Assembly: GCA_963805975.1 (NCBI GenBank)
Contig: CAWDVR010000003.1
Span: 448,001 to 512,000, forward strand
DNA: 64,000 nucleotides
Source of the DNA: an uncultured Acidobacteriota bacterium
Lineage (GTDB): Bacteria > Acidobacteriota > Thermoanaerobaculia > Multivoradales > SZUA-115
Direction: 5' to 3'
The position numbers were made by a program, and so were the translations under genes. How positions within the stretch are numbered: the stretch's first letter is position 1; every line of letters begins with the position of its first letter. Below, piece after piece: positions 36,966-46,918 of this stretch. The notes beneath the pieces were generated by a model. It searched no databases, was not told the origin of the DNA, and saw only the letters and a program-made list of their open reading frames with translations.

Positions 36966-39227
36966 CTACAGCACCCACGCGTACCCCACCTTGAAGAAGA
37001 AGGTCTGGTCCTGGCGGGTGAGGTCGATGCGCTCGTCGCCCAGCGAGTTGTCCGAGTAGCCGAGGAAGAGCACGGTCTGGGGATTGAGCTTGTAGGAGAA
37101 GAGGAGCTGGGAGAAGAGGCGCTCGGTCTTCGGCTCGACCACGGTCGCGGTGTAGAGGTCGGGCTGGCGAGTGATGTCCGTGTACTGGAACACGGTGCGC
37201 AGGAAGGTGCGCAGGTTGAACTGGTAGACCAGCCGGAGCTGCGTCAGGTCGGCGGTGAACAGGCGCCCGCCGGGCACGTCCAGTTGCTGGCGGGCGTGCG
37301 AGAGCTGGAAGCGGGTGTGGGTCCCCGGCGTCCAGCGCACCATGGGCTCGAGGGTGACCATCTCGCCGAGCTGGTTGTTGGTGAAGTCGATCTGGTCGCC
37401 GGCCCTCGCGAAGAGCTGGAAGAAGAGGTCGCCGGTGGCCTGCATCTCGGCGTAGGTCCAGACGAAGTTCTCTCCGAACACCGTGCCGCGCGAGGCTCGG
37501 TCGCGCGTGCCGCCGCCCACCTCGACGTACGTCTGGTGCGGCAGGGAAAGCTCTACCCGCCCTTCCACCTCGCGCTCCAGTAGGTTCCCCGCCTGGTCCT
37601 CGGTCAGGTCCCAGTCGCCGCCCGCCTTGATGCTGTTGTACCAGTCGCCCTCTTCGCCGTACCAGTTGCGGAACAGGCCGCCGAGCCAGAAGGTGTAGTC
37701 CACCTTGGGCATGAAGCCCATGTCGGCGCGGAAGCCGCTGCCGATGTCGTTGTACTCGGCGTACCAGTGCCAGTCGCGGCCCGAGTGGTCGTAGGCCACC
37801 ACGCTGGCGAGGTCGTCGAAGGTGCCGTCGGGCTGGCCGAAGCGGGAGACGACCTCCCCCGGGTACTCGGTCTGCGAGCCCAGGATCTGGAGCTTGAGAG
37901 TGTCTGCCTCGCTCGCCCGGTAGAGGCCGTCGAAGCCGGCCACGGTGTTGGTATAGCCGTCACCCGCGCGGTTGGTGAAGAGCACTCCCACCGCCGAGTT
38001 GCCCTTGAGGTCGCGCCGGTAGCGCAGCACCGTGTCCGTGGTGTCGAGGTCGAGCGACGTGGTCCTCGAGGACTCGTTGCCCGGCAGGAGGAGGTTGGTC
38101 ACCGTGTCCTCGGCGGCGAAGAGGCCCAGGCCGTGCGGGCCGGTCTTGCCGGTGAGCTTCGCCCCCCAGCGCGGATCGGCCACGTTGCGCGTGAAGACGG
38201 CGTTCAGACGGGTGGAGAAGAAGTCCGCGCCTTCGAGGAAGAACGGCCGCTTCTCGGGGAAGAAGAGCGCGAACTGCTCGTTGACCCCGAGCTGGGCGGC
38301 GTCGGCCTCGACCTGCGAGAAGTCCGGGTTCAGGGCGGCGTTGAGCGACAGGTTGGGCGTGATGCCCCAGCGCGCGGTGAGGCCGGGCTCGGTCTCCAGG
38401 TCGCCGGCCTCGAAGTCGCCCTCGGGGAACCCGCTCCGCACGTCGGTGCGGGTGGCGGTGACGGTGGGGGCGACCTCCAGGTTGCGGCCCGGCGTGATGC
38501 CCGAGAAGCCGGTGATCTTCGTCGTCTGGCAGAGGTAGCAGGAGATGTTGCGGTCCATCTTCTGGCTCGACAGGCGGTAGCGGTCCGCACGCGGGTAGTA
38601 GCGGATGGCGTCGATGCCCCAGGTCAGCTCGTGGTCGCTCGCCGGGAAGCGCAGCGACGACCAAGGGATGCGGATCTCCACCTCGTAGCCGCTCTCGGTG
38701 ATGCGGCCCGCCGACTCCCAGATCGCGTCCCAGGTGTCGTCCTCGTTGCCGGAGACGTCGTCGTTGAACATGTCCATCTGCACGCCGAGCGGGTTGACGA
38801 AGAACTCGAAGGCGCGGCGCTCGTCGTTGAAGGTGTCGAGCGCCAGGCCCACGAAGTCGTCGGAGAACGCGGTGTCGCGGTCGGTCAGGTGGGCGACGAT
38901 CGCCTCGGGATCAGGGTCGTGGGCGCGGAACGCGGCGTAGAAGGCGGTCTCGTCGTAGGTGATGAGGCACTCGGTCTCGACCCTGGCGGCGATGTTCTCT
39001 CCCGGCTTGGTCTCGAAGCGCAGCGGGATCACCGTCGCCTGCTCCCAGGCGCCCTCGTTCAACTGGCCGTCGATCGAGATCGCGGAGCCGGCCCGGCCGA
39101 TGCGATACGGAGGGCGCTCGAGCGGGTCCGTGACCTGACCCTCCGCCGCCATCACGGCTGATAAACCCAGACCTGCAAAAAGTCGCACCGCTCGCCTCTG
39201 CCGTCCGCCGATCCCGCGAATTGCCAT
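36966..39227 (-). CDS. CBM9-like + DUF5916 outer-membrane beta-barrel protein
   Basis: IDGQLNEGAW, FEFFVNPLGVQ, NPDFSQVEAD, FFPEKRPFFLEG, terminal FFFKVGYAW; start at ATG 39227 chosen. Confidence 0.88.
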   Translation of the reverse strand: MAIRGIGGRQRRAVRLFAGLGLSAVMAAEGQVTDPLERPPYRIGRAGSAISIDGQLNEGAWEQATVIPLRFETKPGENIAARVETECLITYDETAFYAAFRAHDPDPEAIVAHLTDRDTAFSDDFVGLALDTFNDERRAFEFFVNPLGVQMDMFNDDVSGNEDDTWDAIWESAGRITESGYEVEIRIPWSSLRFPASDHELTWGIDAIRYYPRADRYRLSSQKMDRNISCYLCQTTKITGFSGITPGRNLEVAPTVTATRTDVRSGFPEGDFEAGDLETEPGLTARWGITPNLSLNAALNPDFSQVEADAAQLGVNEQFALFFPEKRPFFLEGADFFSTRLNAVFTRNVADPRWGAKLTGKTGPHGLGLFAAEDTVTNLLLPGNESSRTTSLDLDTTDTVLRYRRDLKGNSAVGVLFTNRAGDGYTNTVAGFDGLYRASEADTLKLQILGSQTEYPGEVVSRFGQPDGTFDDLASVVAYDHSGRDWHWYAEYNDIGSGFRADMGFMPKVDYTFWLGGLFRNWYGEEGDWYNSIKAGGDWDLTEDQAGNLLEREVEGRVELSLPHQTYVEVGGGTRDRASRGTVFGENFVWTYAEMQATGDLFFQLFARAGDQIDFTNNQLGEMVTLEPMVRWTPGTHTRFQLSHARQQLDVPGGRLFTADLTQLRLVYQFNLRTFLRTVFQYTDITRQPDLYTATVVEPKTERLFSQLLFSYKLNPQTVLFLGYSDNSLGDERIDLTRQDQTFFFKVGYAWVL

Positions 39228-39360
39228 GATTTTCCCCCCGAGCTCCAAAGCAGCGCTACTACATACGTGGTAGATGGGAAAACGTTTGACCATCCCGCAA
39301 GTTCCTGAGGCTAGGACGGACGGCGGTCCGTTTTTCGGGGCTGGGGTGAGGGGGCCTGCT

Positions 39361-39383
39361 AACCGCGGTAGCCTCGGCCCGTC
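39361..39383 (+). promoter_or_regulatory. Putative autoregulatory ECF promoter
   Basis: AAC-N16-CGTC ending 5 nt before the ATG of the ECF sigma gene. Confidence 0.5.
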
Positions 39384-39388
39384 CAAGC

Positions 39389-39976
39389 ATGCGTATGGAA
39401 GCCGAGGAAGCAGCCGTCGTGGAGCGGGCCCGTCAGGGAGACCGGGAGGCCTTCCGGCAGCTCGTCCTCGACCACAGCCGCAACGTGTTCCGTCTCGCCT
39501 TCCGCATCACCGGCGAGGAAGCGAGCGCCGAGGACGTGGTGCAGGAGACCTTCCTCTCGGCCTACCGCGGCCTGGCGCGGTTCGACGGCCGCTCGCGCTT
39601 CGGCACCTGGATCCATCGCATCGCCGTCAACCACTCCGTCGAGGTGCTCCGCCGCCGGCAGCAGATCACCCGGCCGCTGTCGCTCCCGGCGGGCTTCGAC
39701 GAGGGCGAAGGCGAGCTGGCCGCGCTCGAGCCCAGGAGCGGCGAGCCCGGCCCGGACCGCCACGCCGCCTCGGGCCAGATCGCGGCGGTGGCGCGCCGCG
39801 CGCTCGCCGCCCTGACGCCGATGGAGAAGACCGCCTTCGCTCTCCGCCACTTCGAGGGCCGCTCGATCGCCGAGATCGGGAGCGCCCTCGGGGTGCGGGA
39901 GAGCGCCAGCAAACAAGCCGTGTTCCGCGCCGTGCGCAAGCTGCGCGAGGCGTTGCAGCCGTTCGTCACCTGCTAG
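39389..39976 (+). CDS. ECF RNA polymerase sigma factor
   Basis: GDREAFRQLV, AEDVVQETFL, FGTWIHRIAVN, region 4 HTH. Confidence 0.93.
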   Translation: MRMEAEEAAVVERARQGDREAFRQLVLDHSRNVFRLAFRITGEEASAEDVVQETFLSAYRGLARFDGRSRFGTWIHRIAVNHSVEVLRRRQQITRPLSLPAGFDEGEGELAALEPRSGEPGPDRHAASGQIAAVARRALAALTPMEKTAFALRHFEGRSIAEIGSALGVRESASKQAVFRAVRKLREALQPFVTC

Positions 39977-39987
39977 GGAGAGCGCCG

Positions 39988-40782
39988 ATGAAGAAGCCCA
40001 GCGAGGAGGACCTGATCATGCACTTCTACGGCGAGAAACCGGAAACCCTCGAAGCGCTCCGCGATCCCGAGGTTCGCGCGCGCTACGACGAGATCGCCCG
40101 CCTGCTCGACAGCGTGCCGCACCCTGCCGTGCCCGAGCGCCCGGTGACCTATGGGGCCGAGGTGTGGGCGAAGCTGGCGCCCCGTCTCGACGCACCGGGC
40201 TCCGGCTCCCTCGCCCCGCGACATCAGGGAGAGGGCCGGCGTGAGGGGCTCCTCCTCGGCCGCCTGTGGGCCTTCCTCACCGGCGGTGCACCGCGCTGGG
40301 CCCTGGCGGGCGCCGCCGCCGCTCTGCTGGTCACGGTGGGCTTCCTCGCCGGCCGCTTCGGGGCGCCGCCTTCGCCCGCGCCGGCGGAGGGGACGCAGGG
40401 GCTCTCGGCCGAGGCGCGGCAGCGCATCCTCACCGGCACGGTGGCGGCCCATCTCGAGGGCTCGGAGCGGCTGCTCCTCGAGAGGGTCAACCGGCCGGCC
40501 GCGGCCGAGATCGACCTCGAGGGCGAGCGCGAGTGGGCCGAGGCCCTGCTCACCACCAACCGCCTCTATCGCCGGGCCGCTCGCGAGGCGGGGCAGCGCC
40601 GCGTCGCCGCCCTGCTCGACGAGCTCGAGCCCATCCTTCTCGATCTGGCGCACGAGGGCGGCGAGCCCACGCCCGCCACCCTCGAAGAGACCCTGTTCAA
40701 GCTGCGGGTCGTCTCCGGCCGCCTCGAAGGCGCCGGCAAGGCGGTCCCGCCGCGCTCGACCCATCCACGCACTTCGACATGA
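39988..40782 (+). CDS. Putative transmembrane anti-sigma factor
   Basis: Directly follows the ECF gene; EEDLIMHFYGE N-domain (degenerate zinc-finger type), single TM, helical periplasmic domain. Confidence 0.75.
   Translation: MKKPSEEDLIMHFYGEKPETLEALRDPEVRARYDEIARLLDSVPHPAVPERPVTYGAEVWAKLAPRLDAPGSGSLAPRHQGEGRREGLLLGRLWAFLTGGAPRWALAGAAAALLVTVGFLAGRFGAPPSPAPAEGTQGLSAEARQRILTGTVAAHLEGSERLLLERVNRPAAAEIDLEGEREWAEALLTTNRLYRRAAREAGQRRVAALLDELEPILLDLAHEGGEPTPATLEETLFKLRVVSGRLEGAGKAVPPRSTHPRTST
40208..40248. repeat. REP-like element inside the anti-sigma CDS
   Basis: CCCTCGCCCCGCGacatcaGGGAGAGGGCCGGcGTGAGGGG nearly matches the reverse complement of the intergenic repeat at 54206-54245. Confidence 0.75.
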
Positions 40783-40829
40783 GACGCCCGCGGACGACGA
40801 CTCCCCGGGCGTTCGACGGAGGACTGAAA

Positions 40830-42089
40830 ATGTTGACAACACCTTGGATCGTGACGTTGAGTCTCGGGCTCTTCTCCGGACCCGGTTTGGGAATCGATCC
40901 CCTGCAGGCGGCGGTGCCTTCCCTCGCCCGGATCGACGCCGAGCGCTCCGGCTACGCGCTGGCGGCGCAGGGCTCCACCCGCGAGCAGACGGCCTACGAC
41001 GTCGGCCGTGCCGCGATCGACGCCGGCCGCTTCTCCGAGGCCGTCGAGACCTTTCGCAAGCTCGCCGCCGAGGGCGGGCCGGAGGTGGACCGCGCTCTCT
41101 TCTGGCAGGCCTACAGCGAGGCCAAGGCGACCCGCACCACCGCGGCGCTCGCCACCCTGAAGCGGCTCAAGGCCGAGCACCCGGAGAGCCCCTGGCTCGA
41201 CGATGCGCGGGCCCTGGAGGTCGAGGTGCGGGGCGCCGGGGCGGGCCCGGCGGTGGCGGGCGACGACGAGGAGCTGAAGCTCTACGTGCTCGACGGCCTG
41301 CTCTCCTCGGACTCCGAGCGCGCCGTGCCCCTGCTGCTCAAGTTCCTGGCCGGCAACCACTCCGACGCGCTCAAGGCGAAGGCGCTCTTCGTGCTCTCGC
41401 AGAGCGAATCACCCGAGGCTTTCCAGGCGCTGCTCAAGATCGCGCGCGGTGCCGAGCAGCCGCGGCTCCAGCTCGAGGCCGTCCGCGTGCTGGGGGTCTC
41501 GGGCGAGGACGCGGCGGTCAAGGCCTTGGAGGAGCTGTACCGCACCTCGTCCAGCCGTGAGATCAAGGCGGAGGTGATCCAGGGCTTCCTGGTCGCGGAC
41601 GCCACGGCGCCGCTCGTGCGCCTGGCGAAGGAGGAGAAGGACCCGCAGCTCAGGGCCGAGGCCATCCGCACCCTGGGAGCGACCGACGGCGGCGCCGAGC
41701 TCGCGGGGCTGTACGCGGCGGAGACCTCGCGTGAGATCAAGGCCGAGATCCTGCGCGCCATGGGCGTGGCAGGTGAGGAGAAGGCGCTCGCACGCCTGGC
41801 CAGGGAGGAGAAGGACCCCGAGCTCAAGGCCGAGGCCATCCGCGGCCTGGGCATCACCGACGACGAGGAGGCCGGAACGGCGCTCGCCGAGATCTATCGC
41901 CAGACGAGCGACCGGAAGGTGAAGTCGGAGGTGCTCAACTCCCTGTTCGTCCAGGACAACGCCAAGGCCCTCCTCGCCATCTTCAAGAGCGAGACCGACC
42001 GCGAGCTCAAGCGCGAGGCCCTGCGCTTCCTGTCGATGATCGACGACGAGGCCTCCTCCGAGCTGCTCGATTCGATCCTCAATGACTGA
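40830..42089 (+). CDS. Exported TPR/HEAT repeat protein
   Basis: GGAGG RBS before ATG 40830 (alternative ATG 40779); TPR ending HPESPW; repeated EEKDPxLxAEAIRxLG HEAT units. Confidence 0.82.
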   Translation: MLTTPWIVTLSLGLFSGPGLGIDPLQAAVPSLARIDAERSGYALAAQGSTREQTAYDVGRAAIDAGRFSEAVETFRKLAAEGGPEVDRALFWQAYSEAKATRTTAALATLKRLKAEHPESPWLDDARALEVEVRGAGAGPAVAGDDEELKLYVLDGLLSSDSERAVPLLLKFLAGNHSDALKAKALFVLSQSESPEAFQALLKIARGAEQPRLQLEAVRVLGVSGEDAAVKALEELYRTSSSREIKAEVIQGFLVADATAPLVRLAKEEKDPQLRAEAIRTLGATDGGAELAGLYAAETSREIKAEILRAMGVAGEEKALARLAREEKDPELKAEAIRGLGITDDEEAGTALAEIYRQTSDRKVKSEVLNSLFVQDNAKALLAIFKSETDRELKREALRFLSMIDDEASSELLDSILND

Positions 42090-43047
42090 CCTTCACGGGC
42101 GAGGGAGACCAGCCATGACGAGAAGAGTCCTGATCTCGACCGCCGCCTGCGCGCTCGCCGCCGCCGGGCTGATGGCGGCGGCGTCGAGCAGCAAAGGGTT
42201 CGGCGACGGCGAGCGGCCGGGGACGAGAATGCCCGTCGAGCTGGCCGCCGCGGATACGGCGCCGGTGAGTGGGGCGCCGGCGAGCGGGGCGCCCGCGGTC
42301 CCGGTGGGCTCAGGCGGCCTCGCCGCCGCGGTGCGCAAGGCCGGGCAGGGCGGAGCGGAGTGGATCGCCTACCAGGTGCCCATGGTGGCCGGCCAGAGCT
42401 TCACCTGTTGCTGGGACCGCTCCTGGAAGCAGAGCGCCTGTTTCCTCGAAAAGAGCAACCAGAGCTGGGGAGGGCGCGGCGACGACAAACCCGAACGGCA
42501 GGATCTCGCCGTGCTCCTGCGCGTCGAGAACGGGCGGGTGGGGAAGCTCCGCGGCGTGTCCGCCGGTTGTCCGATCGACCCCGGCGGCAAGCGGCTGACC
42601 TGGCTCTCCGGCGTCGGCGAGGAGGAGAGCCTGGCGCTCCTGGGCGGCCTGCTGGCCGGCAAGGAAGACGTGCGCTCGCAGGGTGACGAGGCTTTCGCCG
42701 TCATCGCCTTCCACGCCGCGCCGCGGGCCGACGCGCTGCTCGACGAGCTCGCGCGGACCGGCGCTCCCAAGCGGCGCAGCGAGGCCCTGTTCTGGATCGC
42801 GCAGCGGGGCGCGCCCGGTGCGGCGGAGACCATCCTCGCCGCCATCGACCGCGAGACCTCCTCCGAGGTGCGCGAGCAGGGCGTGTTCGCGCTCTCCCAG
42901 CTCCCCGACGACGCCGGCACCCGGGGCCTCCTCGGCCTGCTCCAGGGAAACCGCTCGGCCGACGTCCGCCGCCAGGCCCTCTTCTGGCTCGCCCAGTCCG
43001 ACGACCCCAGGGCCTTCGACGCGCTGGAGGAGATCCTGGAGCGGTGA
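42082..43047 (+). CDS. Exported HEAT repeat protein
   Basis: Signal-like N-terminus, Cys-containing N-domain, ALFWIAQ / GVFALSQL / ALFWLAQSDDPRA repeats. Confidence 0.82.
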   Translation: MTDLHGRGRPAMTRRVLISTAACALAAAGLMAAASSSKGFGDGERPGTRMPVELAAADTAPVSGAPASGAPAVPVGSGGLAAAVRKAGQGGAEWIAYQVPMVAGQSFTCCWDRSWKQSACFLEKSNQSWGGRGDDKPERQDLAVLLRVENGRVGKLRGVSAGCPIDPGGKRLTWLSGVGEEESLALLGGLLAGKEDVRSQGDEAFAVIAFHAAPRADALLDELARTGAPKRRSEALFWIAQRGAPGAAETILAAIDRETSSEVREQGVFALSQLPDDAGTRGLLGLLQGNRSADVRRQALFWLAQSDDPRAFDALEEILER

Positions 43048-43059
43048 GTACGGCCGGCC

Positions 43060-44517
43060 TCACGCCTGGAGCGCGGCGAGCAGCTCGTCGAGCGGCACGC
43101 TCGCGATGGCGGAGGCCTTGTCGCTCATGGCGTAGGGCAGGATCAGCTCGCGGCCGTGGATCAGGGAGCCGCAGCTATAGACGACGTTGGGCACGTAGCC
43201 CTCGCGTTCGTTGCCCGCGGGCGAGAGCAGGGGCTCGCGGAGGCGGCCGATCACTCGGGTGGGGTCCTGCAAGTCGAGCAGCGCGGCGCCGATGCAGTAC
43301 TTGCGCATCGGGCCGACGCCATGGGTGATGACCAGCCAGCCGGCCTCGGTCTCGATCGGCGAGCCGCAGTTGCCGACCTTCACCGACTCCCACAGCTCCG
43401 CGGGGCGCATGAGCACCTGCGGGTCGCTCCAGTAGTGGGGGTTGTCCGAGAACATGATGAAGAGGTTCTCGTCGTCCTGCCGCGAGAGCATGGCGTAGCG
43501 GCCGTCGATGCGGCGCGGGAAGAGCGCCATGCCCTTGTTCTGCACGGCGCTGCCGTTCAGGGTGAGCACGCGGAAGCTGAGAAAGTCCTGCGTCTCGATG
43601 AGCTGGGGGAGGATGGCGCGTCCGTTGTAGGCGGTGTAGGTGGCGTAGTAGAGGACGGATCCGTCGTCCTCGGTGAGACGGACGAAGCGCGCGTCCTCGA
43701 TGCCGTTGCTCTCGTTCGGCGAGACGGGAAAGATGATGCGCTCGCTCATGGCGATGGTCGGTGAGAAGAGCAGCTCGTAGTTGGATTCGGCGAGCCACTG
43801 GATGCACTCGAGGGTGCGGTCGAGGTCGCGGGTGACGGGCAGCGCCTCGCGCCGGACGCGGGCCACGCTCTTGTCCAGATCGCTGAGGGTGAAGCTATCC
43901 GACAGCGCCGTCATCACCGCGGCGGCGTGGTCGTTCTCGAAATCCATCTCGTGCAGCTTGATGGCGAAGCGTTTCTTTCTGTAGGAGGGGTTGGGGACGA
44001 TCTGCGGCAGGGTGACGAAGCGGGAGACCGGGTCCAGCTCGATGCCGCCGTCCGGTGCGATGAGACCGGTGCGGAACTCGATCGAAGAGATGTGCCCTTC
44101 GCCGGTGGCGCGCAGGCTCAAGATGAAGCGCAAGCCGCCCTCGGGCACGCCGCTCTGGTCGGGATGGGGCACGATCGAGGGGTTGAACAGCGCGGCGGAC
44201 TCCAGCGCGTACTCCATGGAAAAAAGCGCGCCGACGAGGAGTTGCCGCACGCGCGAGAGCGGACGCTGCGTGAAGATGTGGGGCCGCACCGTCTCGTAAT
44301 TCGCGAGCAGGCGCGGCTCGACGTCGAGGTGCCGGGAATCGAACTCCAGAAGCACGGCTTCGAGGTCGCGAGTGGCTTCCTCCTCACTCACGGCGAGCGC
44401 GCGGCCGATGATGGTGGTGATGCGCTTGGCGTCCGCGGGAATGAAGGGGCGCAGGAGGACCCGCGCGCTCTCGGGCACGAGCCTGACGTCGTGGCGGTGG
44501 AGCTGGATGGGCTTCAT
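43060..44517 (-). CDS. Glycoside hydrolase family 130 (mannoside phosphorylase-like) protein
   Basis: EYALESAALFNPS, GIEDARF, YTAYNG, NKGMALFP, GYVPNVVYSCG. Confidence 0.9.
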   Translation of the reverse strand: MKPIQLHRHDVRLVPESARVLLRPFIPADAKRITTIIGRALAVSEEEATRDLEAVLLEFDSRHLDVEPRLLANYETVRPHIFTQRPLSRVRQLLVGALFSMEYALESAALFNPSIVPHPDQSGVPEGGLRFILSLRATGEGHISSIEFRTGLIAPDGGIELDPVSRFVTLPQIVPNPSYRKKRFAIKLHEMDFENDHAAAVMTALSDSFTLSDLDKSVARVRREALPVTRDLDRTLECIQWLAESNYELLFSPTIAMSERIIFPVSPNESNGIEDARFVRLTEDDGSVLYYATYTAYNGRAILPQLIETQDFLSFRVLTLNGSAVQNKGMALFPRRIDGRYAMLSRQDDENLFIMFSDNPHYWSDPQVLMRPAELWESVKVGNCGSPIETEAGWLVITHGVGPMRKYCIGAALLDLQDPTRVIGRLREPLLSPAGNEREGYVPNVVYSCGSLIHGRELILPYAMSDKASAIASVPLDELLAALQA

Positions 44518-46796
44518 TCGGCGGGCCGCGGTGAGCCGGAGAGCAAGTGTTCGGCGCAGCTCATCTCGGCCAGGGAAAGCTGGAAGGCCAGCGACGACTC
44601 GGCACCCTGGTTCTCGTTGATGCGATCCTGGTGCAGCCCGTCGGCGCAGCCCCCGGTGCTGGAGTCGTAGAGCGGCAGGCCGAGATCATTGCGCCCCAGG
44701 AACCACTCGAAGGCGCGTTTCGCCTCGCGGGACCACACCGCATCCTGGGTGGCGCGGAAAGCATCGAGACAGGCGGAGACCATGGCCTGCGCTTCCACCG
44801 GCTGTTGGTCGAAGTCGGCGCGTGCGCCGTCCCGCTTGTAAAAACCGTTGCTGCCGATGGGACGGAAGTGGCCGGCCTGCGTCTTTTGCAGCGAAGCCAG
44901 CCAGCGGAGGGACTCGAGACCGATCTCCAGCGCCTCGGCGTTCGGCGTCGAGAGGCCGCTCAGGATGAGAGCCTGGCAGAGGCGCGCGTTGTCGTAGGTG
45001 GCGATCGGCTCGAACCACGGCCAGTCCTCGGTGGCGCAACCCTTCCACAGGTTGACGAGCTTTCCGGTCAGCAGGTCGCGCGCGGCGCTCGCCTCGATAT
45101 GGCCGGCGAAGCGTTGCAGGTACTCGTGGATGCCCAGCAGCGTGAAGGCCCAGGCGCGCGGCGAGGAGAACGACTCGACGCCGGCCAGGCCGCGCTCGAA
45201 GAGCTGGGCGGCCAATCTCCGGTGGCCCTTCTTGCGGGAGCGCCCGGCCCCGAGCCCCAGGGCCCAGAGCGCCCGCGCGTGACTGTCCTCGCTGCCCGCA
45301 TCTTCCAGCCACTGGCGTCCGTGGCTCATGAAATTGCGGAAGCGGCCGGTGTCGTGATTCAGGGCCGCGGCCAGAAACGCCAGATAGCTGGTGGTCAGCT
45401 TGTCGAGGTTCTCCGCCGGCGGCTGGTCACCGAGCTCGTCCAGGAGGTTGCAGAGGATGAAGGCGCGTGCGTTGTCGTCGGTGCAGTAGCCCTCGTGGAA
45501 GTTCGGCACGTCGAAGATCGCGTGCTGCAGGATGCCGGTCCCGTCGCTCATGCGCAGGAAATGGTCGAGCCGCAGCGGCGGCAGGTCGTAGGGCCGGCTG
45601 GCAAGCGTCCAACCGGCAAACGCCGCGCGCGGCGTCGCTCTGCGGTCGGCGCGGGCCCGTTGAAAGGACTCGAGGTAGCGTAGCCCGACCGCGGGCCAGA
45701 TCATCTCCCGCCCGAGCTGGTAGGCGGCTTCGCGCGTCTGCCGGAGAAGGGCCGGATCGTCGAGGAACCGGCACACGCCCTCGACGATGGCCCGTGGGTC
45801 GCGGAAGGGCACCAGGATGCCACGGCCGTCGGCGAGCAGCTCCCGCGCGTGCCAGTAGGGTGTGGAGACCACCGCCTTTCCGGCGCCGAAGACGTAGGCG
45901 AGCGTCCCCGAGGTGATCTGCTCCTCGTTGAGGTACGGGGTGAGGTAGATGTCCGTCGCACCGATGAACTCTTTGAGGTCGTCGAGCGACACGAAGCGGT
46001 TGTAGAAGATGACGTGCTCTTTGACCCCGCGGTCCTCGGCCAGCCGCTCCAGGCTCAGGCGGTAGCTCTCGCCTTCGCGGGCGAGGAGATGGGGATGGGT
46101 GGCCCCCAGCACGAGATAGACCACGTTCGGATGCAGCCGGACGATCTCCGGCAGCGCCTCGATGGCGTGCTCGATGCCTTTGCCCGGCCCGAGCAGGCCG
46201 AAGGTGAGCAGCACGATGCGGCCCTCCACACCGAACTGCGCCTTGTAGACGCTCGAGTCGAGGAAGGGGATGTCCGGGATGCCGTGCTGGATGAGGTCCA
46301 CCTTGGCGTCCGGCACGCCGTACGTGTCGCGCAGGATCTCCGCACCCTTGCGCGCCATCACCACCACCCGGTCGCTGCGCCGCATCAGCTCGTCCATCAC
46401 CTTGCGCTGCGCGGTGCTCGGCTCGCGCAGCACCGTGTGCAGTGTCGTCACCACCGGCATGCGCACTTCTTTGAGCAGGGCGAGGAGATGGCTCCCCGCC
46501 GGCCCGCCGTAGATGCCGAACTCGTGCTGCACGCAAAGCACGTCGGCGTTGTTGAAGTTCAGGAAGTCCGCGGCACGCCGGTAGGAATCCAGATCTTTTT
46601 CCAGCAGCTCGAAGCGCACGCGCGGCGGGTAGTGGTAGCCCTCCACGCGGTCGTTCACCGCTCCCACGTAACAGTGCGCAGCGGGAGCTTCCGCCGCCAC
46701 CGCCTCGCAGAGATCGTGCGTGAACGTGGCGATGCCGCACAGCCGGGGCAGGTAGTCGCCCAGGAAGGCGATCCGCTGCGGCAGGGTGGATTCCAT
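44514..46796 (-). CDS. GT4 glycosyltransferase fused to a C-terminal (alpha/alpha)-barrel domain
   Basis: YLPRLCGIATFT, QHEFGIYGG, KGIEHAI, QITSGTL, GYCTDDNARA, FDQQPVEA, NQGAES. Confidence 0.9.
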   Translation of the reverse strand: MESTLPQRIAFLGDYLPRLCGIATFTHDLCEAVAAEAPAAHCYVGAVNDRVEGYHYPPRVRFELLEKDLDSYRRAADFLNFNNADVLCVQHEFGIYGGPAGSHLLALLKEVRMPVVTTLHTVLREPSTAQRKVMDELMRRSDRVVVMARKGAEILRDTYGVPDAKVDLIQHGIPDIPFLDSSVYKAQFGVEGRIVLLTFGLLGPGKGIEHAIEALPEIVRLHPNVVYLVLGATHPHLLAREGESYRLSLERLAEDRGVKEHVIFYNRFVSLDDLKEFIGATDIYLTPYLNEEQITSGTLAYVFGAGKAVVSTPYWHARELLADGRGILVPFRDPRAIVEGVCRFLDDPALLRQTREAAYQLGREMIWPAVGLRYLESFQRARADRRATPRAAFAGWTLASRPYDLPPLRLDHFLRMSDGTGILQHAIFDVPNFHEGYCTDDNARAFILCNLLDELGDQPPAENLDKLTTSYLAFLAAALNHDTGRFRNFMSHGRQWLEDAGSEDSHARALWALGLGAGRSRKKGHRRLAAQLFERGLAGVESFSSPRAWAFTLLGIHEYLQRFAGHIEASAARDLLTGKLVNLWKGCATEDWPWFEPIATYDNARLCQALILSGLSTPNAEALEIGLESLRWLASLQKTQAGHFRPIGSNGFYKRDGARADFDQQPVEAQAMVSACLDAFRATQDAVWSREAKRAFEWFLGRNDLGLPLYDSSTGGCADGLHQDRINENQGAESSLAFQLSLAEMSCAEHLLSGSPRPAE

Positions 46797-46918
46797 CAAG
46801 GGGGTCCTCGCACGGTTCGGGGCTGGTCGGCGCCGTCCGGTAGGCGCGCCGAGGGGCGAGGCCCGAGACTAGCACCACCTCTCTCTGCTCCCTGTGAGTA
46901 GACTCCTTCCGAGATCCC

